A stretch of DNA of 64,000 nucleotides, from sequence record MN988561.1; one strand, given 5' to 3'. The position numbers and the translations under genes were made by a program. Below are positions 25,044-34,716 of the stretch, in pieces (the first letter of the stretch is position 1; each line of letters begins with the position of its first letter). The notes beneath the pieces are model-generated. The model ran no database searches and was not told the origin of the DNA. It saw nothing but the letters and a program-made list of their open reading frames with translations.

Positions 25044-27404
25044 TTAACTCTGTATGTATCTCCAGCAATATCCGTCATCATAACGAGCAGGTACAGCTAC
25101 TGTTGCTCCATTTGAGAGCGTATAAACTACAGCACATGATACAGTTGGTGTGTTACGATATGTTGGCATATTCGGATTAACAACTTGTCCAGCAGGAATA
25201 ATGAACGTCAATCCTGTTTCATTAAGGACTTTCTGGTCATTAATTAGCCATTGAACAACAGATGTTGCTCCAGCAATTTCAGGAACAGTCACTGTCAGAG
25301 TAGATCCTGCAGTCATCGTACCAGAGATTGTAGGTTTAACTACAGGATCAGTAGTCGTTACTGAATTAACGAAATTAGGACCCTTCGTGAATGCAGGGTA
25401 GTCTGGTGTGACGAATGTACCACTAGCGTTTGTATAACCGGTAGCTGCTCCACCACTTCCTGAGAATCCATTATTGTTATTCTGTTCAGCGATATTGTCT
25501 GTAACGAACCCTGTTGCAGGACGGTCTTGCTTGAAGAATGCTTTATTCTTACGCGTATGGTTATAAAGGATTTCATAGTCCATACGCTGCCATCCACCGT
25601 CTGGGTCATCATATCCAGATAGTGCCATAGCAAACCAGTTACCTTCGATACGATTGAAAATCCATCGTTGATCACGAGTATGAATGATTGCACCAGTACC
25701 GATACCGAATGAGTTATCATTCAATATAGCACCACGAAGATAGTTATCACGTACGGTAACGAGACTTGATAGTGATGACAAGCAGAAGTAGTTACCTTCA
25801 CAGTCGTTACGTTCGAATAGAACTCTACTTGCACCTTCAATAACGCAGTTACCTTTAAGAGCATTCGAAAGTACTGAGTGTCTGAAGATATTGTCTGAGA
25901 CTTCTACGTCAGCAGGTTCCATACCAGACTTGCGTTCGGAGGTGATCTGAAGATTATCTGCTCCAGTACCTGTAGGAATACCAAACTTACACCAACGAAC
26001 TCGACCTTGTCTCCATTTACGGAGATACATTCCGTCACCGTCAATACCATCAACAAGTGTACAATGATAGATATTACTATTAACGAATCCATGTAAGTAG
26101 ATACCGTTACCGTACTGACTATTCTTCTCAATCTGGAGTCGCAAGAATGTACTTCCTGTACCATCCGTAAGACTGATCGCTCGTTGTGTGCCAGTAATCT
26201 TCAGATCTTTAAGAATAACGTTAGTTAATGTACCAGATACTGATGCACCAATTGCAAATCCACTTGGAACTGTGGTTATAAAGTGAGGAGGTGGTTGTGA
26301 AGGGTCACCATAAGCTTGAATTGTTGTATAATTGCGAAGTGCGTGACCTGTTGTAGTCGTAGGAGTATCGTAAACAGTACCACGCTTATACATCGTGATA
26401 TATGTACTGAAAACGTCTGCTCCTCGAATACCATTAGCCTTACCAAAGGTCTTGAATGGAGTAGCAGGAGTCTTACCATTGTTAAGACTATCGTCACCAT
26501 TGACACTATCAACGAAGTAGGTTCTTGTTAGTCCAGCAGTCGGTACAAGAGTAATAGGAACAATTGTGCTCTGACTTCCAGCAATATTAGATGCTGTGAT
26601 CGTTACATAATAAGTTCCTGCAGCTTTTGCTGAATTGACAAGAGTGATCATACCTGTACTTGCATCAATAGCAAAATCAACATCATCAATTGAATAAGTG
26701 ACTGCAGGTTTAGGTGAATTCAATGCAAGGACACGTCCTACACTCGTACCAGATGCAGCACCTTGAGTTATATACATATAACCTAGGTATCCATACTTAC
26801 CATTCTTCTCACTATCAACCCATGTCGTATAAGAAGGAGGCATCTGAGGAGCTTCATTAGGCTTATCTGTAGTAACACTAATCGTATTACTGATGATTTC
26901 GATGAATCCACTAGCTACCGTACCAGCAGTTACACGGAATTGATAAGTACCATCTTCTAACACGTCTTGGAATACGTGAGTAGAATTACCAGAAATATCT
27001 GACAATTCTGAACCGTCAACGATCCATTCTGTATTACCGAAAACTCTATATTCATAAACTATGATTCTATCATTGACAGGAGCGCCATTCTCTAGATATA
27101 GATTAGAACTAAGAGTAGGGTGGATAGTATTTTGCGGACTAGTACCTGTAATTTTTAGACGTGCCAAGGAGATCTCCATATCTGTAACTTTAGGAATATT
27201 GATTTTGTCGTATTCACGAGCTTTAATCTCAACACTTCCTGGTGGTAAATTTGAGAACGATACAGACCAGTCCCCATTCTCGTCTGCTACGATAGAATAA
27301 GTATTTGATCCTATCGTACCCTTAACGCGCTTCCCAGGAGTAGCTTTACCATGGACTGTTGCAGTATTACCTGAAGCATTTTTAGATGTAATTGATATAG
27401 CCAT
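25044..27404 (-). CDS. Appendage protein: Ig-like and cadherin-like domains plus right-handed beta-helix (depolymerase-like)
   Basis: ADENGDWSV Ig motif, FAIDASTGMIT cadherin motif, FVDSVNGDD...PFKT and Asn/Gly ladder repeats. Confidence 0.7.
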   Translation of the reverse strand: MAISITSKNASGNTATVHGKATPGKRVKGTIGSNTYSIVADENGDWSVSFSNLPPGSVEIKAREYDKINIPKVTDMEISLARLKITGTSPQNTIHPTLSSNLYLENGAPVNDRIIVYEYRVFGNTEWIVDGSELSDISGNSTHVFQDVLEDGTYQFRVTAGTVASGFIEIISNTISVTTDKPNEAPQMPPSYTTWVDSEKNGKYGYLGYMYITQGAASGTSVGRVLALNSPKPAVTYSIDDVDFAIDASTGMITLVNSAKAAGTYYVTITASNIAGSQSTIVPITLVPTAGLTRTYFVDSVNGDDSLNNGKTPATPFKTFGKANGIRGADVFSTYITMYKRGTVYDTPTTTTGHALRNYTTIQAYGDPSQPPPHFITTVPSGFAIGASVSGTLTNVILKDLKITGTQRAISLTDGTGSTFLRLQIEKNSQYGNGIYLHGFVNSNIYHCTLVDGIDGDGMYLRKWRQGRVRWCKFGIPTGTGADNLQITSERKSGMEPADVEVSDNIFRHSVLSNALKGNCVIEGASRVLFERNDCEGNYFCLSSLSSLVTVRDNYLRGAILNDNSFGIGTGAIIHTRDQRWIFNRIEGNWFAMALSGYDDPDGGWQRMDYEILYNHTRKNKAFFKQDRPATGFVTDNIAEQNNNNGFSGSGGAATGYTNASGTFVTPDYPAFTKGPNFVNSVTTTDPVVKPTISGTMTAGSTLTVTVPEIAGATSVVQWLINDQKVLNETGLTFIIPAGQVVNPNMPTYRNTPTVSCAVVYTLSNGATVAVPARYDDGYCWRYIQS

Positions 27405-27410
27405 CTTATG

Positions 27411-28886
27411 TTATCCATGACTCTTAAGTTCAACTGTAATAAGCATACTATCTGTACCGCTATTAGTGAATGCTGACTGCGGATCTGTATTAACAGGTCC
27501 ATTAGTATCATAAACTGCTAGTCTTGATGTAGACGATGAGTTAGTATGGTCTTGTCTGACTGTCCATGAAGCTCCTATACTACCTAACGTGGTACTACGG
27601 ATAGCAGCCATACAAATCAACCATGAGGTACTATCAGTATTCTGAAGTGCCATAACATCAGCATTCTTACGCGTAGTTCCTGAAGCTGCGAATACAGTAT
27701 TAATTGCACCTATTGGTGCAGCATTGTTTGCACCTCTATACACCATTACTACAGTATCTGTAGCACTTGTTGAAACGATAGAAGGTTCTGAGCTAGTAGC
27801 AGCCACCTTCCAGAAGACTCTACCTAGATAACCACCAGCACTTAAGAAAGCACTAGTAGCAGTCCAACCTGAAGGTAGTGTGAATGTTCCTCCATCACGG
27901 AATACACATGCTACAAATAGGTCACCCGCTTGGTGAGTAGGCATAGCTACAGTAGAAACACCCATTGCAGATGATACGAACGTAATTGCATCATCGATCG
28001 TAATAGAGTCGAGTGCTTCTTCACCTACTGGAAAGTCAGTAACCATCAAGTCAGCTAGATTGTAGCTACCTGCTGGTAGATCTTCTGTGTATGTATAAGT
28101 CCAATCACCTTCTGCATCTGTAACTGCTGTGCCATTTTCTGTACCACTAGGCATAAGGAAGTGAATCGTAAGACCTGATACACCTGTATTTGATCGAACG
28201 TAACCTGTTAATGTAGGTCTAGTATTCGTTGTGATATTACCTGAAGAAACCGGTACACCGTCAATCGCAGATAGGTACAGACCTTCTACTTCAGTAGCTG
28301 TAATCAAAATTGTCAATGTTCTACCTGCTGTCGTAGTAACAAGTAGTTCAGTCGACCCTACTGTTACTGGACTCTCTCCTTTAAGAATTCTATTAGTAGT
28401 ATCACTGAATGTGAATCGGCCATCATCTGGAGAGATGCTAAAGATCTTCTCATCAGCACCTATATCAAGACCTGTCAAGGTAGCGATAGTTGTTCCTTCG
28501 AGATCGTCAATGGTAAGAGTACCAGTAGTAGGTCCTAATACACCTTCGATCGTATTAACAACGTTAATTGTAAAGGTACGGATAACAGGAAAATCTATTC
28601 CGTTATCAGCTTGAATCGTGACTGTGTGTGAACTATTAGTTTCAAAATCTAATGAGCCACTAAGTCGTAGAGTTTTATTAACTAGAGAGAATTTGTTGTC
28701 TGGATCATCAATTTTAGTAAAGATATAATTAGCTTGTCCACCTGTAATTGACAGATGTCCAATGACTGAATTATTCAAAGAATTCTCGAATATTGTAGCA
28801 TTAGAAAGATAAATTGTACCAGGCAGTCTCGTAGATTTAACGATACTGTTACCGAGAATTCTAATAAATTTCTTGGATATAGTCAT
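27411..28886 (-). CDS. Appendage protein with cadherin and Big (Ig) domains
   Basis: LDFETNSSHTVTIQA cadherin motif, TNTRPTLTG and TDAEGDWTYT Big motifs; start probably MTISKK after GGAGG. Confidence 0.7.
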   Translation of the reverse strand: MTISKKFIRILGNSIVKSTRLPGTIYLSNATIFENSLNNSVIGHLSITGGQANYIFTKIDDPDNKFSLVNKTLRLSGSLDFETNSSHTVTIQADNGIDFPVIRTFTINVVNTIEGVLGPTTGTLTIDDLEGTTIATLTGLDIGADEKIFSISPDDGRFTFSDTTNRILKGESPVTVGSTELLVTTTAGRTLTILITATEVEGLYLSAIDGVPVSSGNITTNTRPTLTGYVRSNTGVSGLTIHFLMPSGTENGTAVTDAEGDWTYTYTEDLPAGSYNLADLMVTDFPVGEEALDSITIDDAITFVSSAMGVSTVAMPTHQAGDLFVACVFRDGGTFTLPSGWTATSAFLSAGGYLGRVFWKVAATSSEPSIVSTSATDTVVMVYRGANNAAPIGAINTVFAASGTTRKNADVMALQNTDSTSWLICMAAIRSTTLGSIGASWTVRQDHTNSSSTSRLAVYDTNGPVNTDPQSAFTNSGTDSMLITVELKSHG

Positions 28887-28917
28887 TTCAGGTATCTTAC
28901 CTCCGAACATAGAATAG

Positions 28918-28948
28918 TGACGCTACTTACATCGTGTAAGTAGCGTCA
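28918..28948. terminator. 14-bp perfect intergenic hairpin
   Basis: TGACGCTACTTACA-TCG-TGTAAGTAGCGTCA. Confidence 0.55.
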
Positions 28949-28954
28949 TATTAC

Positions 28955-29620
28955 TTACACTTCGATGGTATGAAGAGTTACCTTATAAACTTCGCTATTA
29001 GCTGCAGGTGTATAAGCTCCAGCAGTAACAAGATAAGCGAATAGATCTGTACCTGTGGTACGAATCTGCTTACCAATGTTATTAACTTCGACGTATAGAG
29101 TTGAACCGATCAGAACAGGCGTACCTAGATCGACGTATCCAAGGAATGATGGACGATCAGTTGCATCGAATACGAATGCTCCATTATCTGCAACAGCAGA
29201 TCCTGGTGTTGCACTGTAAAGATATAGTCTGAAAGAAGTCATACCTGCTGGAACAGATGCAATATCGAGTTCCAGCTGTGTACCTGTAACAAGGAGAGCT
29301 CCTGCAGCAGATCTTACAGCAGCAAACGTAAGAGGTCCACCTACAACGTCGTTAGCAGCATATGCGTTCATATCTGCAGGACGTGTAATAGTTAGAGCAA
29401 CATCCTTAGCAGATGATGTCTGGTTGACAGGTAGAGTATCTTGGTTACTTGCGAGAACTACAGGTAGAGATGCAGTCTTAGTCTGTTGACCAAACGTCAG
29501 ATCTGCTGCTGCACCATCAGCTCCAATAGCTACCTTAATTCTTTGATAGAGTACGCCACCAACATCGTCAGCAGCGATTGTTGCACCATTACCTGGTGTT
29601 ACACTCATATTATCAGCCAT
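28955..29620 (-). CDS. Putative virion structural protein
   Basis: MADN...ATIAADDVGGVLYQRIKV type N-terminus; late-gene context. Confidence 0.6.
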   Translation of the reverse strand: MADNMSVTPGNGATIAADDVGGVLYQRIKVAIGADGAAADLTFGQQTKTASLPVVLASNQDTLPVNQTSSAKDVALTITRPADMNAYAANDVVGGPLTFAAVRSAAGALLVTGTQLELDIASVPAGMTSFRLYLYSATPGSAVADNGAFVFDATDRPSFLGYVDLGTPVLIGSTLYVEVNNIGKQIRTTGTDLFAYLVTAGAYTPAANSEVYKVTLHTIEV

Positions 29621-29634
29621 TTTCGTATCCTAAT

Positions 29635-29946
29635 TTAGCTGTTTAACAATAGAAGACCACGGTATGTACTACCGGAGGTCGGTGGTGAAGTATTTTGACC
29701 TGCATAGGTCATGAGTAGTGTTAGTCCCATAGGACGTCCTACTCTGTCATCTACAGGAGGCGTGTCACCTGCTGTATAAGTCAATAACAATAGAAGTCCT
29801 AGAGACTTACCTGTTAAACTCGGATCTGGAGGATCAGGAGGATCTACAGGCGTTCCAGGACTATCAATTGTAGTCGAAGAGTATTGGTAGCCGTAACTGA
29901 ACACTCCTTTGACTCCTTGGAATTCGTTAAATATAACGCCAACCAT
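29635..29946 (-). CDS. Small Pro-rich putative virion protein with repeated GLLLLLTY motif
   Basis: GKSLGLLLLLTY, GRPMGLTLLMTY, YRGLLLLNS. Confidence 0.6.
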   Translation of the reverse strand: MVGVIFNEFQGVKGVFSYGYQYSSTTIDSPGTPVDPPDPPDPSLTGKSLGLLLLLTYTAGDTPPVDDRVGRPMGLTLLMTYAGQNTSPPTSGSTYRGLLLLNS

Positions 29947-29986
29947 CTTATGTCCTACTCAGAGATTTGAATCTCTATAAGATTCA

Positions 29987-30328
29987 TTAGTCGTGTTCTA
30001 CGTGAATTTCGACACCAGTACCTACAACTGATACAATTCTTCTAACAAATTTTGGTAGAATCCATGCTCCTTGTGGACGTTTATATGTCTGAGGTTCACT
30101 ATCTTCATTACTGATTGGGACTACAGTGATTTCAGCTACGATACCCGATGGAACATAGATATCCAATGCCTTACCATAAATTGGTAATTCTTTATTACCT
30201 ATCATTTCCGATGTAAGTAGATATGATTTTGTAGACTGATGAGTTCTTCTCTTCTCACCAAGGTTGTAGAGATTAGACTCTCTATCGCTATACCAACCAG
30301 ATGGATCTTTTTCTATGTCGTAAGGCAT
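29987..30328 (-). CDS. Hypothetical protein
   Basis: 113-aa ORF in the late operon. Confidence 0.65.
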   Translation of the reverse strand: MPYDIEKDPSGWYSDRESNLYNLGEKRRTHQSTKSYLLTSEMIGNKELPIYGKALDIYVPSGIVAEITVVPISNEDSEPQTYKRPQGAWILPKFVRRIVSVVGTGVEIHVEHD

Positions 30329-30343
30329 CGAATCTATTCCGTA

Positions 30344-30620
30344 TCACTGATTAAAATATTTTATGACACCATCGTAGANNNNNNNNNNNNNNNNNNNTAC
30401 CAAGATGAACTTCGATAGCTAGATCCGGATTGATTTCGTTGATGCGAGTAACCTTGTCTAAAAGCTTACCTTCAACAACGTGAATCTGGTAAATCGACGG
30501 ATCGAACTTAAGTTTTAATTGATCTACAATTTTGACTACTTCGTCGTATTCGACGTAGCCATTTTTAGATACTCCACGATAATTCTCATAATGACCAGGA
30601 CTGATGGCAATAACCTTCAT
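30344..30620 (-). CDS. N-acetylmuramoyl-L-alanine amidase (Amidase_3), middle lost in N-gap
   Basis: IAISPGH, E, AIEVHL; after the gap another frame reads YDGVIKYFNQ-stop. Confidence 0.75.
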
Positions 30621-30629
30621 TTTATATCT

Positions 30630-30932
30630 CTACTTTTTCTTCTTGTGACGGTATGCGTCTAATTGTGTTTCTAATCTACCAGCGTAGTTAGAAAGAATTT
30701 CTATAGACATTAATGCAGCTTTAGCTACACTAGGTGAACTTGTATCGAAGTCTTCAGTACTTAAACTTGTGATAGGTAGCTTAGGTCTGACATTCTTAGG
30801 TGGCTCAGGCCAGTCTTGTACAACGACTTTCTCGACGACCTTGACTGGAGGCGGGAGAGGCGTCCGTGACTTGCTCGTACTTACACAAGAACTCAGAAGA
30901 ATTACAGGAATCATTGCATATACGTACTTCAT
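30630..30932 (-). CDS. Outer-membrane lipoprotein spanin (Rz1/o-spanin-like)
   Basis: Signal peptide with LLSSC lipobox, Pro-rich body, follows a coiled-coil gene. Confidence 0.75.
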   Translation of the reverse strand: MKYVYAMIPVILLSSCVSTSKSRTPLPPPVKVVEKVVVQDWPEPPKNVRPKLPITSLSTEDFDTSSPSVAKAALMSIEILSNYAGRLETQLDAYRHKKKK

Positions 30933-31255
30933 TGTCCTGATTCCCACTTATTACCTAGCTTATTACCCTCTTCTTTGAGCCATTTCATAGATTCTTGACA
31001 AGAATTGCCAATAACTGCTGAAGATAGTTCACTTAGAAGGTGATTATGCTCGATATCTTTCTTATTAATGACCGTTTCAGAGTCTTCGAGATTCTTCATA
31101 AGATCTCTCTTATTCGCCTCAAGAGCGCTGATTTTCTCGTTATTAAGAGTGACAACTTCTGACATTTGATTGTAAGAATTCTGCCACTGTTTGATAGCTT
31201 CATCTTTGATTTCAATCGTCATAGCAGAATTAACTAATTGAGTCTTAAGACTCTT
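30929..31255 (-). CDS. Inner-membrane spanin (Rz/i-spanin-like), start lost in gap
   Basis: Long coiled coil ending SC..SM.WL; overlaps the o-spanin start. Confidence 0.6.
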   Translation of the reverse strand, partial: KSLKTQLVNSAMTIEIKDEAIKQWQNSYNQMSEVVTLNNEKISALEANKRDLMKNLEDSETVINKKDIEHNHLLSELSSAVIGNSCQESMKWLKEEGNKLGNKWESGQ

Positions 31256-31274
31256 NNNNNNNNNNNNNNNNNNN

Positions 31275-31486
31275 GTTGCCAGAAGCATACGAATCTTCGA
31301 ACCACTTAATTTGTTATCCTGAGGATCAACAATTAAATCTGTAAGATCGATGTTAGGATACTTTCTGGATGAATGCAATTTGAGGATAACCATGATAGCT
31401 ACCACAAGAACTACAACGAGACTGAATGCTCGCTCTGACATCCACCCAGAGATGTCATGAATTAAATTGAATAGTGCGTCATCCAT
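31275..31486 (-). CDS. Holin-like membrane protein, end lost in gap
   Basis: Transmembrane segment FSLVVVLVVAIMVIL, then DLIVDPQDNKLSGSKI. Confidence 0.5.
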
Positions 31487-31494
31487 AATAGTTC

Positions 31495-32274
31495 CTATGA
31501 ATATTTCTCCTTGAGAGTTTTCATGGAGATCATTTGATGGTCGATGATCTTACCTTCACCAACTCGTAATCTACAAATTCCGTATGTCCAACCAGTAGCA
31601 CTTAGTCCAGCGTAGTGTTCAACTTCTCCATCAGGTAGAGAGGTGCCGACATTGAACACTTGAACAGATTGATTAGAACCAATCTTAGCTTCATGGTGAA
31701 TACGGTGACGATGAGTGTGTCCTAGAACGACTGAGAAGAGAGTATCTCTTGCGATCGCTGCTTCGACATTCTTACCTTTATAAGGTACACCCATCGTATT
31801 GAATGGAACATGAGTAAATCCTACTCCACCTAAGAATAGAAATTTACCGTATGCGGATACATTAAAATTGTATCTGGCGTATAATTGCTCGATGAGAAGA
31901 CCGAAATGACCACACTCCTTTGGTCTAGCTTTAGCTTCTCGATGAGCTCTGTCCTCGTGATTTCCTAGTGTAATATGGCGTTCGACTTCTGTATGAGATG
32001 GAGCTTCTTTATCAAACATATAAAGAGCTTCTTCACCAGCACTAATATCGTCCATAAAAGTTGGACGTTCAAGATCCTCTTTGGATCCAGGCAATTGATG
32101 CCTAGACAAACTATCGAGAGATAGAAAGTCACCTATGCTAACAACACAGTCAGATGGATTGGCAGATAGATAACGACCGATCCAAGTCATTCTTTCATTG
32201 GATCTTTTGGGACTGACGTGAGCATCAGCGATGACCACCACGTCTTGAGATTTGTCGTCAGTAGATTTAATCAC
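31495..32274 (-). CDS. Calcineurin-like metallophosphoesterase
   Basis: ADAH, GDF, GNHE, FTH, GHTH. Confidence 0.88.
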   Translation of the reverse strand: MIKSTDDKSQDVVVIADAHVSPKRSNERMTWIGRYLSANPSDCVVSIGDFLSLDSLSRHQLPGSKEDLERPTFMDDISAGEEALYMFDKEAPSHTEVERHITLGNHEDRAHREAKARPKECGHFGLLIEQLYARYNFNVSAYGKFLFLGGVGFTHVPFNTMGVPYKGKNVEAAIARDTLFSVVLGHTHRHRIHHEAKIGSNQSVQVFNVGTSLPDGEVEHYAGLSATGWTYGICRLRVGEGKIIDHQMISMKTLKEKYS

Positions 32275-32338
32275 GGAATAATCCTTAAGGAGACATTAGA
32301 GAGGTCACAAGAATGTGACCTCTCCCTCGTCAATTCAA

Positions 32339-32944
32339 CTACGCAAGTACTGAATTAAACTTCTGAGCGTAAGTTGCTACATCTTTGGCTCGATCGAGAC
32401 CATTGATGATTCTTCTTGCATTTACCCAGTCAGTTGTATTAGAGTTAAAGTAATTCTCTAGAGATACTCCTGTGAAGTCACCTCTAGTGCTCTGCCCCTT
32501 AGTCATTCCTTCAATCATGATTCTAGCAGCGATCTTAGGATCCATTGCTAGTTCAGGATTGCCTACCAGATCAACTCCTAGGAGTTTACCCATATTTAAA
32601 TAGTTATTGTACCATGTAAGTTGTACATATCCTCGTCCACAGTACTTAGCTCCATCGCCTGGATTTTTATTACCCATTTGAAGAGCTAACTTAGGACGAG
32701 TCCCCTTGATGTCGTACATCTTGGTATAATAAGCATTGCCACCATACTCCTTAACAGGGAGCATAGTCTTAGCAGTTTCATGATAAGCAGTTGCTAACAT
32801 GTAAGCTGCCCATCTTGTATCTTCTACTTCAGCCTCGATTTCTCCAAGAATGAAGTTTAATCCATTAACTTGAGATTGAGTCAATGAAGTGAAGAGACCA
32901 TTCTTCTTAATGCCATCGTAAAATTTTTCACGATTGATTAACAT
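32339..32944 (-). CDS. Glycoside hydrolase family 19 endolysin
   Basis: ATAYHETA, YCGRGYVQLTW..NY, ARRIING. Confidence 0.9.
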   Translation of the reverse strand: MLINREKFYDGIKKNGLFTSLTQSQVNGLNFILGEIEAEVEDTRWAAYMLATAYHETAKTMLPVKEYGGNAYYTKMYDIKGTRPKLALQMGNKNPGDGAKYCGRGYVQLTWYNNYLNMGKLLGVDLVGNPELAMDPKIAARIMIEGMTKGQSTRGDFTGVSLENYFNSNTTDWVNARRIINGLDRAKDVATYAQKFNSVLA

Positions 32945-32957
32945 ATTGCACCTATCG

Positions 32958-33311
32958 CTAAGGGTTAATCTTACTGTTCAAGGTCTGGATCTGTACCTTC
33001 AGATTATCATTCTCTAATTTAAGATCACTGATTTCATCTAGAAGAAACTTAACTTGCATCTCTAATTTGGCACTATCTGCAATAGCCTTGTTACGCTCTT
33101 CATTCAGCTTGTCAGTTCTAGCTTCAAGTTCTAGTACTCTTTTAACGAGACTATCTCTGTAACTATCAAATGACTCCGTGGCACGATCATCTCTCAGATC
33201 TCGCTTAACCATACGGAATGCTTTGTAAGAACCTCCAATTATTAGAGCAGCACACGATCCGACTGCAGCCCAGAATCCTCCTGAAGCATCGGTCGGTAAA
33301 AAGTCCACCAT
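32958..33311 (-). CDS. Single-TM coiled-coil protein (holin/antiholin-like)
   Basis: N-terminal hydrophobic helix plus heptad repeat, next to the endolysin. Confidence 0.55.
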   Translation of the reverse strand: MVDFLPTDASGGFWAAVGSCAALIIGGSYKAFRMVKRDLRDDRATESFDSYRDSLVKRVLELEARTDKLNEERNKAIADSAKLEMQVKFLLDEISDLKLENDNLKVQIQTLNSKINP

Positions 33312-33313
33312 GG

Positions 33314-33775
33314 CTATTCTCCAACAGATTTATCGATTTTATTTTTATCAAATCTTAAGAAGTCCCACCAAGCAGCAACCATAACAATTGCAGTATCCAT
33401 TACTGCAGCAGCTGGAGGATATTTAGAGCTGATACAGGATAGAGATACAAATGTCCATACTGCACATGAAAAGAATTTGATGAGGAGTTCAAATTTGAAT
33501 GTCTTCTTACTCGATACACGATAAAATCTCCACAATTGAATCGATGCGAGAAAGAAGAATAGCAATACCCATTGAATCTCAGACAGGATAGAACTCATTA
33601 ATCCGTAGACAGGTCTGTCAGGACTCATTGTCTGTCCAGGTAAAGCTAATGAAATTGCCCAGAGATATCCTGACATAATCGAACAGATTATGGCAGGACT
33701 TGTGTCAGCATTTTTAACTGTTGATGAGAATGCATAATATATCTCAAATATATTATTTTTAAAATGGCTTAACAT
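33314..33775 (-). CDS. Multi-TM membrane protein (holin-like), fused in the ORF track to the upstream gene
   Basis: ATG overlaps the TGA of the DAEL-stop frame (TGATG); 3-4 hydrophobic segments. Confidence 0.65.
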   Translation of the reverse strand: MLSHFKNNIFEIYYAFSSTVKNADTSPAIICSIMSGYLWAISLALPGQTMSPDRPVYGLMSSILSEIQWVLLFFFLASIQLWRFYRVSSKKTFKFELLIKFFSCAVWTFVSLSCISSKYPPAAAVMDTAIVMVAAWWDFLRFDKNKIDKSVGE

Positions 33776-34696
33776 CACAACTCCGCATCTAAGCTGAATG
33801 CAAACGTATTTGTAACCGAATGAGTAAAGTACATCCCCAGTCGCGAATACTTGTGTATTTCCATTTGCAGCCGTACCAATCCATGAAATCGATGGAACTG
33901 TTCTCATTGGAGTTGGCGTGATATGGACTGTATAGTTTCCAGCATTACCAACAGTTACAGGATATTTTATATAGTATCTGTAGCAGAGCAAAGTTTCAGT
34001 TATAAGTGGACGCTCATAGAATGGATCCGACTCACTTGTGGCATCACCTTCAACTAGAGATACTCTAGCGATATCGAATGTCCCTGACTGTTGACCTAAG
34101 CTGACAGTATTCGCGTTCCAATTTGATCCTGCATCGAACCAAAATCTTAACCCTAAATAATTATCAGGATTCGATCCTAAAGTTTTACCGCTGATCGACG
34201 GGATATTAACAGTATACGAGAATTTCTGCCAGCTAGTACTCAGAAGAACTTTCTTAGGAGCAAAATCAACATTCGATGAGGGAGATCCACCAGTACCGAA
34301 TACTTGAACTAGATCTACAGCAATATTTTTAGCTGAGTCAGCCTTAGCATAAAATGTAATAGTAGCTCTCTTTCCGACGAGCGTTCGTACATTTTCAATC
34401 TTTTGATGCTTTAATACATAATTTCCTGCACCTGCAACTGATGTTACTACTGTTCTTGAGAAGTAAATCGGTTCGCCAGGTACTTCAGTCTGACCTACTG
34501 TAAATGGTTGCTGCGAATGAGTCTTTGTTGATCCTACATGAGTATTAGCCCATCTATCGTCAGATCCATAGTCTGCAGTTGTCTGAGAAGTAGCACGTTG
34601 CCAGATTCTAAAATCACCATTAATAATTTTATTTCTTGATGGATCTGAGATCGGTATACTAGCTCGACCTGCTAATAATGTATTTTTACTAGTCAT
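33775..34696 (-). CDS. Tail fibre-associated carbohydrate-binding-like protein with apparent 1-nt frameshift
   Basis: RNKIINGDFRIWQR motif; removing one G at 33835-33838 restores ...GMYFTHSVTNTFAFSLDAEL-stop. Confidence 0.7.
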
Positions 34697-34716
34697 TTAA
34701 TTATCCTCAGGTCCGA

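Noticed and set aside
30929-31486. Single 185-aa TM/coiled-coil protein; likewise the apparent C-termini at 30351, 43368 and 45451
   Set aside because: These read through N-gaps that hide more sequence than the Ns shown. The flanks belong to different genes or frames.
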